Assembly: GCA_021648085.1 (NCBI GenBank)
Contig: JAKITS010000001.1
Location: 541,671-605,670, forward strand
DNA from: Candidatus Magasanikiibacteriota bacterium
GTDB taxonomy: Bacteria > Patescibacteriota > Patescibacteriia > Magasanikbacterales > UBA922
DNA length: 64,000 nucleotides
Direction of reading: 5' to 3'
Shown here: positions 40,010-49,843 of the stretch, piece by piece
Layout of the letters: every line of letters begins with the position of its first letter
How positions within the stretch are numbered: the first letter of the stretch is position 1
Translations under genes and position numbers: made by a program
The notes under the pieces: generated by a model
Told to the model about the DNA's origin: nothing
Seen by the model: only the letters and a program-made list of their open reading frames with translations
The model's database searches: none

Positions 40010-41410
40010 ATGCCAACACCCGCACAAATTATAGACGAACAATTACCAACCATTGCCCTTGTTGGTCGTGTTAATGTTGGTAAATCTACTCTTTTCAATA
40101 AACTAATAGAACAAGAAAAAGCACTTGTATCCAAAATTCCAGGAACAACAAGAACTAGAAATGAAGGGGAAATGCTTTGGCGCGGACAAAGAATTAAACT
40201 TGTAGATACTGGTGGTCTAACTTTTACAGATGATGTTTTACTAGAAGAAGAAATAATTGAACAATCTGAAAAAGCATTAAAAGAAGCTGATGTGATACTT
40301 TTTATTACAGACGCACACACAGGAATTTTGCCACAAGAAAAAGAATTGGCAAAACTACTTTTAAGAAATTACAAAGACAAGCCAATAATGCTTTTGGCAA
40401 ACAAGGTAGACAGCACAAAAATAGAAAGAGATTTAAGAGCTGACAAAGACTGGTTTAAACTTGGTTTTGGTGCTCCATTCCCTGTTTCTGCTGTAAGTGG
40501 TAGAAATGTTGGAGACTTTTTAGATAAACTTTACAACATACTAGACGCAATAGACATAAAACCAAAAGATTATAATGAAATAGAAAATATTATAAATATT
40601 TCTGTTATAGGAAAACCAAATGTTGGAAAATCTTCACTTTTCAATAAAATTATCGGGGAAGACAAGGTAATTATAAGTGATATGGCACATACAACCCGTG
40701 AACCATTTGACACACTTGTCACATACACACAAAAAGTAGGAGACGAAGACAAAATATACAACTTAAATTTTATAGATACAGCAGGAATTCGTAGAAAAGC
40801 AAGGGTAAAAGGATTTTTAGAAAGAAAAGGTATTATAAAAAGTATAGATTATATAGATAAATCAGACCTAGTTTTATTTGTACTAGACGGCTCTGAACCC
40901 ATATCTTCCCAAGATAGACAACTAGGTGGACTCTTAGAAAGAAGAGCAAAAAGTGTTATTATAATAGTAAATAAGTGGGATCTTGCAGAAGACAATAGCC
41001 AAACAAATCAAATCAATGTAAAGAAAATGGTTTATTCTCACTTTCCTCACCTAAATTTTGCACCTATTGTTTTTACAAGTGGTTTGAGTGGAGAGAAAAC
41101 TCACAAACTCTTTCCAGAACTTATCAAAATTTGGGACGCAAGACACACCTTCATATCAAGAGGTGCTCTAAAAGTATTTATTGAAAGTGTGACGAGACAA
41201 CACAAACCATCTCGCGGAAAAGGAACAAGACAGCCAAAGATTTTAGGTTTCAGACAAATAGCCGAAAATCCTCCTGTTTTTGAGCTTGCTATAAAACACA
41301 AGACCTCACTACACCGTTCTTATATGAACTTTATAGAAAACAGACTTCGTGAACAATTTAATTTTATTGGAACACCCATTATAATTAAATTGCGTAAAGC
41401 AAAAATGTAA
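40010..41410 (+). CDS. der: Ribosome biogenesis GTPase Der (EngA)
   Basis: Two G domains (GRVNVGKS/DTGG/NKVD and GKPNVGKS/DTAG/NKWD) and a KH-like C-terminus. Confidence 0.97.
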   Translation: MPTPAQIIDEQLPTIALVGRVNVGKSTLFNKLIEQEKALVSKIPGTTRTRNEGEMLWRGQRIKLVDTGGLTFTDDVLLEEEIIEQSEKALKEADVILFITDAHTGILPQEKELAKLLLRNYKDKPIMLLANKVDSTKIERDLRADKDWFKLGFGAPFPVSAVSGRNVGDFLDKLYNILDAIDIKPKDYNEIENIINISVIGKPNVGKSSLFNKIIGEDKVIISDMAHTTREPFDTLVTYTQKVGDEDKIYNLNFIDTAGIRRKARVKGFLERKGIIKSIDYIDKSDLVLFVLDGSEPISSQDRQLGGLLERRAKSVIIIVNKWDLAEDNSQTNQINVKKMVYSHFPHLNFAPIVFTSGLSGEKTHKLFPELIKIWDARHTFISRGALKVFIESVTRQHKPSRGKGTRQPKILGFRQIAENPPVFELAIKHKTSLHRSYMNFIENRLREQFNFIGTPIIIKLRKAKM

Positions 41411-41427
41411 TTGAACATATGATAAAT

Positions 41428-41648
41428 TTCTGTTCTTTTCTAAATTTCTAACCTCCAGAATATTTGAAATTTCCCGCTAGCAGACAGGGAATTATCATTA
41501 GTTCGGCACTTTTGATTACCTTTTGGTGTCAAAAGGTAAAGTGAGAACATTTTGATGTTATCGCTAAAAGAGAATGTTTTTAAATCAATGTTTAAGGGAT
41601 TCCCGCCTGCCGGCAGGTAAGCCCCACTTTGGTTCGAAATGACAGAAA
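41428..41648 (+). repeat. Family B structured intergenic repeat (most complete short form)
   Basis: CTAACCTCCAGAATATTTGAAATTTCCC...GTTCGGCACTTTTGATTACCTTTTGGTGTCAAAAGGTAAAGTGAGAACATTTT...TTCGAAATGACAGAAA. Confidence 0.8.
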
Positions 41649-41691
41649 GGAAATAAATATTTTAAAAGATTATTTTATATAATTAAAAATT

Positions 41692-42237
41692 ATGAAACTT
41701 ATTGTGGGACTGGGCAACCCAGGAAAAAAATATAAAAAAACACGACATAATGTGGGTTTTATGGTTTTAGATAGTTTGTTTGAAAAAATGGCAGAACTTC
41801 ATAGTTTAAATAAGTGGGAATTGAGTAAAAAATTCAACGCAGAAATAGCAGGTTTTACAGAAAATCACGAAAAAATTATATTAGCAAAGCCAATGACTTT
41901 TATGAATCTTTCTGGGCAATCTGTGCAACTATTAGCACACTATTATAAGATACCTCCACGAGATATTATTGTGGTTCACGACGACAAGGATTTGTTTTTG
42001 GGTGATACTAGAATTCAACAAAATCGTGGACACGCAGGACACAACGGAATCAAGTCTATTATAAACTCAATCGGTACAGAAAATTTTCAAAGAGTAAGAG
42101 TTGGTATTGCAGTAAAAAATGAAAGGAAAATGCAAAATACGCCAAAATTTGTTTTAGGCAGGTTCAACATATTAGAAAAAAATAAACTTTCAAAAACAAT
42201 AGAAGATGTTGTAGCGAAAGTGGAAAATTTATTTTAA
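41692..42237 (+). CDS. pth: Peptidyl-tRNA hydrolase
   Basis: LIVGLGNPG, TRHNVGF, KPMTFMNLSG, HDD, GHNGIKS. Confidence 0.98.
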   Translation: MKLIVGLGNPGKKYKKTRHNVGFMVLDSLFEKMAELHSLNKWELSKKFNAEIAGFTENHEKIILAKPMTFMNLSGQSVQLLAHYYKIPPRDIIVVHDDKDLFLGDTRIQQNRGHAGHNGIKSIINSIGTENFQRVRVGIAVKNERKMQNTPKFVLGRFNILEKNKLSKTIEDVVAKVENLF

Positions 42238-42239
42238 AA

Positions 42240-43304
42240 ATGCAAATAGAAATTTTACTGGCTCATTGCCCCAGCTTTAGCCTAAAAAAATACAACGATA
42301 TTTTAAGAGTTTTTGGTTCTACCAAAAATTTTTGGGATTCTGGAGATATTAAACTTTTAGGTTGGACGCCAAAATTTATTGAAGTTTTTTCAAATTGGCA
42401 AAAAAAATTAGATGAAGACAAATTGAACAAAATTCTTGTTCAAGAAGACATTCGTGTTATAATTTTTAATGACCTAGAATATCCAGTCGAACTTTCAAAA
42501 GTTTTCGATCCACCTTTTGCACTTTTTGTACGCGGAAATCTAAAAAATAATTTACCAAACTTAGCAGTAGTTGGAACTAGAAAATATACACAATACGGAA
42601 GGCAGGTTGTGCACAGAATAATTCCAGAGATAGCACACGAAATGACAATTGTAAGTGGACTTGCTTTTGGAATAGATAAAGAAGTACACACAGCTACTTT
42701 ACAAATAAACGGACATACAATCGCAGTTTTGGGTGGTGGAATAGACAATAAAACCATTTATCCACAATCTCATGTTGGATTGGCAAAAAATATTTTGGAA
42801 TGTGGTGGAGCTTTAGTTTCAGAATATCCTCCACTCACAAAACCTACTAAATTTTCATTCCCCAAACGCAACAGAATTGTCGCTGGAATGTCTTTGGGGA
42901 CTTTAGTAATAGAAGCACCCATCAAATCTGGTTCGCTCATCACAGCTCAATATGCACTAGATTCTGCGAGAGAAGTTTTTGCGATCCCTCAAAATATAAC
43001 TTCTATCACAGCAGAAGGTCCAAATTATTTAATAAAAAATGGCGCACATCCTGTAACATCACCGCGGGATATTTTTGAAATTTTACAAATCACAAAAAAA
43101 GAAAAAATAGAAAAAGAAAAACCAAAAGCAGAATCCCCAGAAGAAGGGCAAATTATAAACTGCTTAACAGAAGAACCAAAGCATTTGGATATAATAATTC
43201 GCGAAACAGAACTTCCAAATTCAACTGTAAGTAGCACACTTATAATGATGGAAATCCGCGGAGTTGTCCAAAATCTAGGCAATATGAATTATGTATTAAG
43301 GTAA
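42240..43304 (+). CDS. dprA: DNA-processing protein DprA
   Basis: AVVGTR, IVSGLAFGID, FPKRNRIVAG, SGSLITA; C-terminal winged helix. Confidence 0.97.
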   Translation: MQIEILLAHCPSFSLKKYNDILRVFGSTKNFWDSGDIKLLGWTPKFIEVFSNWQKKLDEDKLNKILVQEDIRVIIFNDLEYPVELSKVFDPPFALFVRGNLKNNLPNLAVVGTRKYTQYGRQVVHRIIPEIAHEMTIVSGLAFGIDKEVHTATLQINGHTIAVLGGGIDNKTIYPQSHVGLAKNILECGGALVSEYPPLTKPTKFSFPKRNRIVAGMSLGTLVIEAPIKSGSLITAQYALDSAREVFAIPQNITSITAEGPNYLIKNGAHPVTSPRDIFEILQITKKEKIEKEKPKAESPEEGQIINCLTEEPKHLDIIIRETELPNSTVSSTLIMMEIRGVVQNLGNMNYVLR

Positions 43305-43347
43305 AACCCTTGACAAAATCCTCATTTTTAATTATCCTGTACTTTAT

Positions 43348-45540
43348 ATGAGTTCAAAACTAGTAATCGTAGAGTCGCCAACAAAGGCGAAAACAATCAA
43401 AAAATATTTAGGAGTTGGTTATAAGGTCACCTCTTCTTTTGGTCATGTTCGAGATCTGCCAAAAAGTAGAATGGGAATAGATATTAAGGGTGATACTTTT
43501 GAACCAGAATACGAAGTATCTGAAGACAAGGCAAAAGTAGTGGCAACTTTAAAAAAATACGCAAAAGATAGCAGTGAAATTATATTTGCAACTGATGGAG
43601 ATAGAGAAGGCGAAGCTATTTCTTGGCATTTGGCACAAATTTTAAAAATAAAACCAGCAAAAGCAAAACGGATTGTTTTTCACGAAATCACAAAACATGC
43701 TATTGAAGAAGCTCTAAAAAAATCTAGATTTATAAACCAAGATTTAGTAGACGCCCAACAAGCTCGTAGAGTTTTGGATAGATTGGTGGGATACGAACTT
43801 TCTCCATTTTTATGGAAAAAAGTTGTGCGTGGACTAAGTGCTGGACGCGTACAATCTGTAGCAGTTCGTTTAGTTGTAGAAAGAGAAAGAGAAATCAAAG
43901 CATTCAATCCAGAAGAATATTGGAGTGTCACAGGACTTTTTTCAAAAGACAAAAGTCAAGAATTTCCAGGTAAACTTGCCACAATAAGTGGAAAGCGTGT
44001 TGGAAAAATGGATCTAAAAACCAAAAAACAAGTAGATAAAATTGTCACCGATTTAAAAAAAGAAAAATATGTAGTTTCATCTGTAAAGATGAAAAAAGCA
44101 AAAAAGTCTCCACCACCTCCATTTACAACTTCTACACTTCAGCAAAAAGCAAACCAAACTTTAGGTTTTTCTGCAAAACAAACAATGCGTACAGCACAAA
44201 AACTTTATGAGGGTGTAAAACTTGGAAGTCAGGGAATGACTGGTCTTATTACCTATATGCGTACAGACTCTATGGCAATGTCTGAAAAGTTCATAAAAGA
44301 AACTGACACTTTTTTGACAAAAGAATATGGAAAAGAATATGCAAGCGGAGGAAGAAGGTATAAAACAAAAGCAAAAGGCGCACAAGAAGCTCACGAAGCA
44401 ATTCGTCCAACAAATGCAAAATACACACCAGAATCACTAAAGAAAATTTTAAACCCTCAACAGTACAGACTGTACAACTTAATATGGAAAAGAGCTATTG
44501 CAACACAAATGAGTGAAGCTATTTTAGATAAAACCGTAATTGATATTTCAGCAGGAAAATACACTTTTCGCGTAAACGGACAAATTATTGTTTTCAATGG
44601 TTGGCTCAAACTTTATCCAAAACTTACAAAAGAAGACTCACTTCCAAAAATAGAAGAAGGTGAAAAACTAAAATGCTCAAAGATAAATCCTTTGCAACAT
44701 TTTACAGAACCACCAGCTAGATATTCTGATGCTACACTTGTAAAAGCCTTAGAAGAACATGAAATTGGTAGACCTTCTACATATGCTCCAACTATAAACA
44801 CAATTGAAAGTCGTGGCTATGTTTTTCGAAATGAAAATAAAAGATTACAACCAAAAGATATTGCTTTCACAGTAAATGATTTACTTGTAAAACACTTTCC
44901 AAATATCGTGAATTTATCTTTTACAGCTCAAATGGAAAATGATTTGGACAAAATTGCAGAAGGAAAAAAAGAATGGATCCCACTAATAAAAAAATTCTAC
45001 AAACCTTTTCATAAAAATCTAGAAAAGAAAACCAAAGAAGTAGATAAAAAAGATATTACTGAAGAAAAATCCAAAGAAAAATGTCCAAAATGTAAAAGTC
45101 CAATGGTAATTAAGCTTGGGCGATTTGGAAAATTCCTAGCTTGTACAGATTATCCAGAATGTAAAACCACACAACCAATAGACGGCGAAGAGAAAAAAGA
45201 AGCCAAAATGGTACACGAAAAATGTGAAAAATGTGGCGAGCCAATGGCTTTGAAACACGGAAGATTTGGACCTTTCCTAGGGTGTTCTGGTTATCCAGAT
45301 TGTAAAAACATAAAATCTTTTGCAAAGTCAACCGGTGTAAAATGCAACAAATGTAAAACTGGAGAAATTGTAGAAAAGAAAAGTAAAAAAGGAAGGACAT
45401 TTTTTGCTTGCAACCAATATCCAAAATGTGAAAATGCTCTCTGGAGCAAACCAACTGGAAAAAAATGTACAAAGTGTAAACAGCTAATAGTAGAAGCTGG
45501 AAAAGATAAAGTGAAATGTTCAAATAAGGAGTGTAAGTAA
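43348..45540 (+). CDS. topA: DNA topoisomerase I
   Basis: LVIVESPTKAKTI, ATDGDREGEAI, SAGRVQS, ITYMRTDS, C-terminal zinc ribbons; own promoter TTGACA (43310)-17-TATCCT about 9 nt before the ATG. Confidence 0.98.
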   Translation: MSSKLVIVESPTKAKTIKKYLGVGYKVTSSFGHVRDLPKSRMGIDIKGDTFEPEYEVSEDKAKVVATLKKYAKDSSEIIFATDGDREGEAISWHLAQILKIKPAKAKRIVFHEITKHAIEEALKKSRFINQDLVDAQQARRVLDRLVGYELSPFLWKKVVRGLSAGRVQSVAVRLVVEREREIKAFNPEEYWSVTGLFSKDKSQEFPGKLATISGKRVGKMDLKTKKQVDKIVTDLKKEKYVVSSVKMKKAKKSPPPPFTTSTLQQKANQTLGFSAKQTMRTAQKLYEGVKLGSQGMTGLITYMRTDSMAMSEKFIKETDTFLTKEYGKEYASGGRRYKTKAKGAQEAHEAIRPTNAKYTPESLKKILNPQQYRLYNLIWKRAIATQMSEAILDKTVIDISAGKYTFRVNGQIIVFNGWLKLYPKLTKEDSLPKIEEGEKLKCSKINPLQHFTEPPARYSDATLVKALEEHEIGRPSTYAPTINTIESRGYVFRNENKRLQPKDIAFTVNDLLVKHFPNIVNLSFTAQMENDLDKIAEGKKEWIPLIKKFYKPFHKNLEKKTKEVDKKDITEEKSKEKCPKCKSPMVIKLGRFGKFLACTDYPECKTTQPIDGEEKKEAKMVHEKCEKCGEPMALKHGRFGPFLGCSGYPDCKNIKSFAKSTGVKCNKCKTGEIVEKKSKKGRTFFACNQYPKCENALWSKPTGKKCTKCKQLIVEAGKDKVKCSNKECK

Positions 45541-45589
45541 AATATATTATATTAAAAAAGTAGATTGTTTCAAATCTACTTTTTACTTA

Positions 45590-45856
45590 CTATATATTTT
45601 TAATAATTGCAAGCCAATTATAATATAATTTTCTGCATTTAATAGCATGCTCTGCAGCTTTTTTTACCAACTGCTCTTTATTATCATCAAAAAAAGATAC
45701 AACTTCTTCAGGAGTTAGTCCTATTTTTTTATGCATATTTAACCAATAATATCCAACCTCCATACTATTTATTTTTAATAGGCTGTGAATAATATGATTA
45801 TCATCAAACTCAGCTCTTACCTCTTCCACGAATTCTTTTGGATATATTTTATTCAC
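45590..45856 (-). CDS. Small orphan protein (boxA/SD class)
   Basis: Perfect TTGACA (45927-45932)-17-TATAAT, then GTTCTTTG, AGGAGT and a GTG start; terminator at about 45555-45584. Confidence 0.7.
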   Translation of the reverse strand: MNKIYPKEFVEEVRAEFDDNHIIHSLLKINSMEVGYYWLNMHKKIGLTPEEVVSFFDDNKEQLVKKAAEHAIKCRKLYYNWLAIIKNI

Positions 45857-46003
45857 ATCTCACTCCTTTTTTTTAGCTTTCCAACAAAGAACACCTTAAA
45901 AATATTATAATAAAATTTTATTCAACTGTCAAGCTAAAACACTCAAAATCCTTGCAAAAATACCTAAAATAATGCTACAGTTAAAAGATATTGAGAAAAT
46001 TTT

Positions 46004-47485
46004 ATGGCAAAAAGAAAACAGACAATTGAAGGGTTGCTTGATAAAATAAAATCCTATATACCAAATGCTGACTTAGAAATAATTCAGCTAGCTTATGATT
46101 TTGCAAAAAATGCTCACAAAGGTCAAACCAGAAAATCTGGTGAGCCATATATTATCCACCCACTTGCTGCTGCACACATTTTGGCAGATATGAGGATTGA
46201 TCCTGTTGTAATCACAGCTACAATACTTCACGATGTGCCAGAAGACACAGACATAACACTAGAAGAGGTTGAACAAAATTTTGGTAAAGAAATAGCAGGG
46301 CTTGTGCGAGGAATTACAAAACTTGGAAAACTAAAATATCGTGGAATTGAACGCTATATAGAAAACCTACGAAAAATGTTTATTGCGATGGCAGAAGATG
46401 TACGAGTTATGATTATTAAATTTGCAGACAGAATTCACAATTTGGAAACTTTGGAAGCACTTCCTCCACAAAAAAGATACAGAATTGCACTAGAAAGTTT
46501 GGAAATTTACGCGCCAATTGCAGGCAGACTTGGAATGGACGAGATGAAAGGTAGGTTAGAAGATTTAGCTTTTAAATTTGTATACCCACAAGAATATAGG
46601 CGTGTAAAACAAATTCGAGACGATAGATTGAAAGGTAAAGAAGAATACTTTACAAAAATTCAAAAGAAAGCAAAAGAAAGCTTAAAAAATGCAAATATAC
46701 CAATAATTTATGTAAGTGGAAGGAATAAAAAATTATATAGTTTTTATAAAAAATTAGTTCGCAAAGACAATCAAATTACAAAAATTTATGATTTAGTTGC
46801 AATTAGAATTGTCGTACCAACTATTGCAGATTGTTATGCAACACTTGGAATACTACACAATGTTTGGAAACCTATGAAAGGAAGAATAAAAGATTATATT
46901 TCACAACCAAAGCCAAATGGTTACAAATCTTTACACACTACAGTTTTTGGTGATGATGGCGAAATGGTAGAGTTCCAAATTCGCACACTAGAAATTCACG
47001 AAGAGGCTCAATACGGCGTTGCGGCTCACTGGCATTACGACGAACACGGCTCCAGACTTCCCAAAAAAGAGATTATGTGGGCAAAAGAATTAGCAGAAAT
47101 TCAAAAAGATATGTTGAAAAAACTATCCGATTTAGAAGAAATAAAAGTAGATTTCTTGCAAACTAGAATTTTTGTTTTTACACCAAAAGGTGATGTGATA
47201 GATCTGCCAGAATGTGCCACTCCAGTGGACTTTGCTTATCATATACACACAGATATAGGCAACAAGTGTAATTCTGCAACAGTTAACGATAAAATAGTAA
47301 GCCTAGACGCAGAACTAAAAAATGGTGATGTTGTGGAAATAACAACAAATAAAAACAGAAAAGGACCAAATCCAGATTGGCTTAGTTTTGTAAAAACAAC
47401 AACAGCAAAAAATCATATAAAAAATGCAAGAAAATCTAAAATCCCAAGCTGGATAAAATCTGTGTTCGACTCTAAGAAAAAATAA
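46004..47485 (+). CDS. relA: RelA/SpoT homolog (HD, synthetase and TGS domains; no ACT)
   Basis: RKSGEPYIIHP, LHDVPEDT, ADRIHN, DYISQPKPNGYKSLH, EFQIRT, VFTPKG...TPVDFAY.IHT. Confidence 0.92.
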   Translation: MAKRKQTIEGLLDKIKSYIPNADLEIIQLAYDFAKNAHKGQTRKSGEPYIIHPLAAAHILADMRIDPVVITATILHDVPEDTDITLEEVEQNFGKEIAGLVRGITKLGKLKYRGIERYIENLRKMFIAMAEDVRVMIIKFADRIHNLETLEALPPQKRYRIALESLEIYAPIAGRLGMDEMKGRLEDLAFKFVYPQEYRRVKQIRDDRLKGKEEYFTKIQKKAKESLKNANIPIIYVSGRNKKLYSFYKKLVRKDNQITKIYDLVAIRIVVPTIADCYATLGILHNVWKPMKGRIKDYISQPKPNGYKSLHTTVFGDDGEMVEFQIRTLEIHEEAQYGVAAHWHYDEHGSRLPKKEIMWAKELAEIQKDMLKKLSDLEEIKVDFLQTRIFVFTPKGDVIDLPECATPVDFAYHIHTDIGNKCNSATVNDKIVSLDAELKNGDVVEITTNKNRKGPNPDWLSFVKTTTAKNHIKNARKSKIPSWIKSVFDSKKK

Positions 47486-47541
47486 ATTCAAAATACTAGA
47501 TTTTACAAAATAAAAAATGACCAATGTGGTCATTTTTTATT

Positions 47542-48435
47542 TTATATTTTTGATAATTTTTCAACCAATTCCCTAAACTCATCCTTAGAATAATATTCTA
47601 TAAGAATTGTACCCCTCTCACCTCTTTGAGTTATGCGAACTTTTGTATTTAAAACCTCTTCTATTTTCTCTTCTATTGCTGATAAATTAGGATCGCGTCT
47701 TACAGAACCTTTTCTAGATTTCTGCCCTTTACGCACAATAGCCTGCTCTACATCTCTTACCGTAATATTCTTTCCAAGCATACTCTGATACATGTTCCAC
47801 TGGTCTTTTTCACTTTTCAAACTTAAAAGAGCTCTTGCTTTTCCCATACTTATTTTTCCATCTATCAAAGCTTTTTGTATTTCTCCTGGTAAACCAAGCA
47901 ATCGTATTGTGTTTGCAATTGTTGGTCGTTTTTTACCCACTTTCTGTGCAACCTCACTTTGAGTTAGCCCAAACCTATCTATAAGCCTCTTAAAAGCAAA
48001 AGCCTCTTCAATAGAATTCAAATTTTGACGCTGTATATTCTCAATTAGAGCCAATTCCAACTTTTCTTGCCCGTCTTCAACTTTACGAACCAAAGCAGGA
48101 ACAGTTGCAAAACCAGCAATTTCAGATGCCCGCATTCTCCTCTCTCCAGCTATCAACTCATACTCACCATCTTTTTTCTCATTTACTGTTATCGGTTGTA
48201 AGACCCCATGCTGTTTTATAGAATTTACTAAGTTTTCCAACTCTTGATGTGAAAAATTTTTTCTTGGCTGTTCTTCATTTGGTTTTATTTCTGAAATTGG
48301 AATTTGCCAAACACGCTCATCAGACTTCAGATTATTTTCAGTAATATTTGCTTTTTTTGCAGACTCAACAATAGCAGATTTTGCCAACGGTTTACTTTGC
48401 GGAATAAGTGATCCAAGTCCTTTTCCAAGAGCCAT
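47542..48435 (-). CDS. parB: Chromosome partitioning protein ParB/Spo0J
   Basis: LGKGLGSLI, QPRK.F, LIAGERRMRA, ALIENIQRQNLNSIEEA, HTH. Confidence 0.97.
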   Translation of the reverse strand: MALGKGLGSLIPQSKPLAKSAIVESAKKANITENNLKSDERVWQIPISEIKPNEEQPRKNFSHQELENLVNSIKQHGVLQPITVNEKKDGEYELIAGERRMRASEIAGFATVPALVRKVEDGQEKLELALIENIQRQNLNSIEEAFAFKRLIDRFGLTQSEVAQKVGKKRPTIANTIRLLGLPGEIQKALIDGKISMGKARALLSLKSEKDQWNMYQSMLGKNITVRDVEQAIVRKGQKSRKGSVRRDPNLSAIEEKIEEVLNTKVRITQRGERGTILIEYYSKDEFRELVEKLSKI

Positions 48436-48463
48436 ATAAAATTATTTAAATATTTATTTTTAT

Positions 48464-49228
48464 TTAAGTGTGTTTTCGTAAAATTTCTTTTGCTAATTTT
48501 TGGTAAGATCTTGATCCTTTTCCCCACGGATCATATTGTAAAATTGTCTTACCAAAACTTGGAGCCTCCGCCAAACGAACAGTTCTAGGAATTACAGTTC
48601 TAAATATATTATTTGGGAAATGCTTATACAATTCATTTAGAACTTCCGACGAAAGTCTTGTCCTTTTGTCGTACATTGTAATTACAGCTCCTAAAATTTC
48701 CAAATCTGGCTTTATATTATCCTGCACAAGCTTTACAGTCTCCAAAAGCTGACCAAGACCTTCCAAAGCATAATACTCAGCCTGAACAGGAATTAAAACC
48801 TCTTGTGAAGCTAATAAACTATTCAAAGTCAACAACCCTAAAGCTGGCGGACAATCTACCAATACATAATCATAATTATCAGAAATAGGTTCCAATAAAT
48901 CTGTAAGTCTGTATTCACGCCTATCTTCATTTACAAGTTCCACATTTGCACCTGCCAAATCTGGCGTAGCTGGGGCCAAATGCAAATTTTCATGCTCTGT
49001 TTCCAAAACAATATCCACCATCCTAGCCTCATTGGATAGTGCATGATAAATATGCTTTTCTAAAGATTTCTTCTCAAATCCAAGCCCACTAGTTGCATTT
49101 CCTTGCGGATCCATATCTATAATTAAAACAGTTTTATCCATTTCAGCCAAAAATACAGCCAAGTTTATTGCTGTTGTTGTCTTACCTACTCCTCCTTTTT
49201 GATTTACAATCGAAATTACTTTTGCCAT
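48464..49228 (-). CDS. parA: Chromosome partitioning ATPase ParA/Soj
   Basis: Start corrected to 49228 (MAKVISIVNQKGGVGKTTT); DMDPQGNAT, DCPP, LAEAPSFG. Confidence 0.96.
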   Translation of the reverse strand: MAKVISIVNQKGGVGKTTTAINLAVFLAEMDKTVLIIDMDPQGNATSGLGFEKKSLEKHIYHALSNEARMVDIVLETEHENLHLAPATPDLAGANVELVNEDRREYRLTDLLEPISDNYDYVLVDCPPALGLLTLNSLLASQEVLIPVQAEYYALEGLGQLLETVKLVQDNIKPDLEILGAVITMYDKRTRLSSEVLNELYKHFPNNIFRTVIPRTVRLAEAPSFGKTILQYDPWGKGSRSYQKLAKEILRKHT

Positions 49229-49259
49229 AACATAAAACTTAATGATATTATACAGTATA

Positions 49260-49288
49260 TTGACAAAACAGCAAAGAATGTGTATAAT
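49260..49288 (+). promoter_or_regulatory. Consensus sigma70 promoter of tRNA-Leu
   Basis: TTGACA-17 bp-TATAAT. Confidence 0.8.
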
Positions 49289-49318
49289 AGTCCTAAATAT
49301 AAAAGATATTTCAAATAA

Positions 49319-49400
49319 GCCGAAGTGGCGGAACTGGTAGACGCGCACGACTCAAAATCGTGTTCCTTCGGGAGTGAGGGTTCGATTCCCTCCTTCGGCA
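49319..49400 (+). tRNA. tRNA-Leu(CAA)
   Basis: GCCGAAGTGGCGGAACTGGTAGACGCG-CACGA-CTCAAAA-TCGTG, long variable arm, GGTTCGATTCCCTCCTTCGGCA. Confidence 0.96.
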
Positions 49401-49571
49401 CAGCACAGAATAATGACACAATAGTTTGTGTCATGTGTGGGAATCGAAAATCGGAGCGATGTCTGAGTTTGCCCAAAGAGGTAAGGCGATGACCGCGAGG
49501 TGGGGTCGCGGAAAATTTACGTCAGTAAATTTATCTGTGATAGATTCCCTCCTTCGGCACAGCACAGAATA
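49384..49571 (+). mobile_element. Mini-element at the tRNA-Leu 3' end flanked by 29-bp direct repeats
   Basis: GATTCCCTCCTTCGGCACAGCACAGAATA at 49384-49412 and 49543-49571 around a 130-bp hairpin-rich core. Confidence 0.7.
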
Positions 49572-49604
49572 TAAAATTCTTAAAACACAAACGGAGGTGT
49601 TGAA

Positions 49605-49790
49605 ATGAAACTTATTGAAAAGTTAATAGGATATTCAATAATATTATTTACTGTTTTTGCACTACCAAAACTATTTGGAATACAAGATAACACCACAACT
49701 CTTTTTTATGGAGGATTTTGTTTAATGGTTGGTGCAAGTTATATGACATATTATATGATTCGAAAACTCAAAGAATTAGATAAAAAGTAA
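49605..49790 (+). CDS. Small two-TM orphan protein
   Basis: GGAGGT SD before the ATG; two hydrophobic segments; terminator AAACCTT..AAGGGTTT follows. Confidence 0.6.
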   Translation: MKLIEKLIGYSIILFTVFALPKLFGIQDNTTTLFYGGFCLMVGASYMTYYMIRKLKELDKK

Positions 49791-49843
49791 TAAACCTTGT
49801 AAAAGGGTTTATTTTTTTTACAAAAAAGGCTATTATTAATATT

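Noticed and set aside
47542-49320. Replication origin or parS near parAB
   Set aside because: No TTATCCACA cluster or TGTTTCACGTGAAACA-type palindrome seen.
49216-49608. ORFs 49216-49476 and 49426-49608, and the 40-aa N-terminal extension of ParA
   Set aside because: They overlap tRNA-Leu, its promoter and the mini-element; ParA homology begins at 49228.
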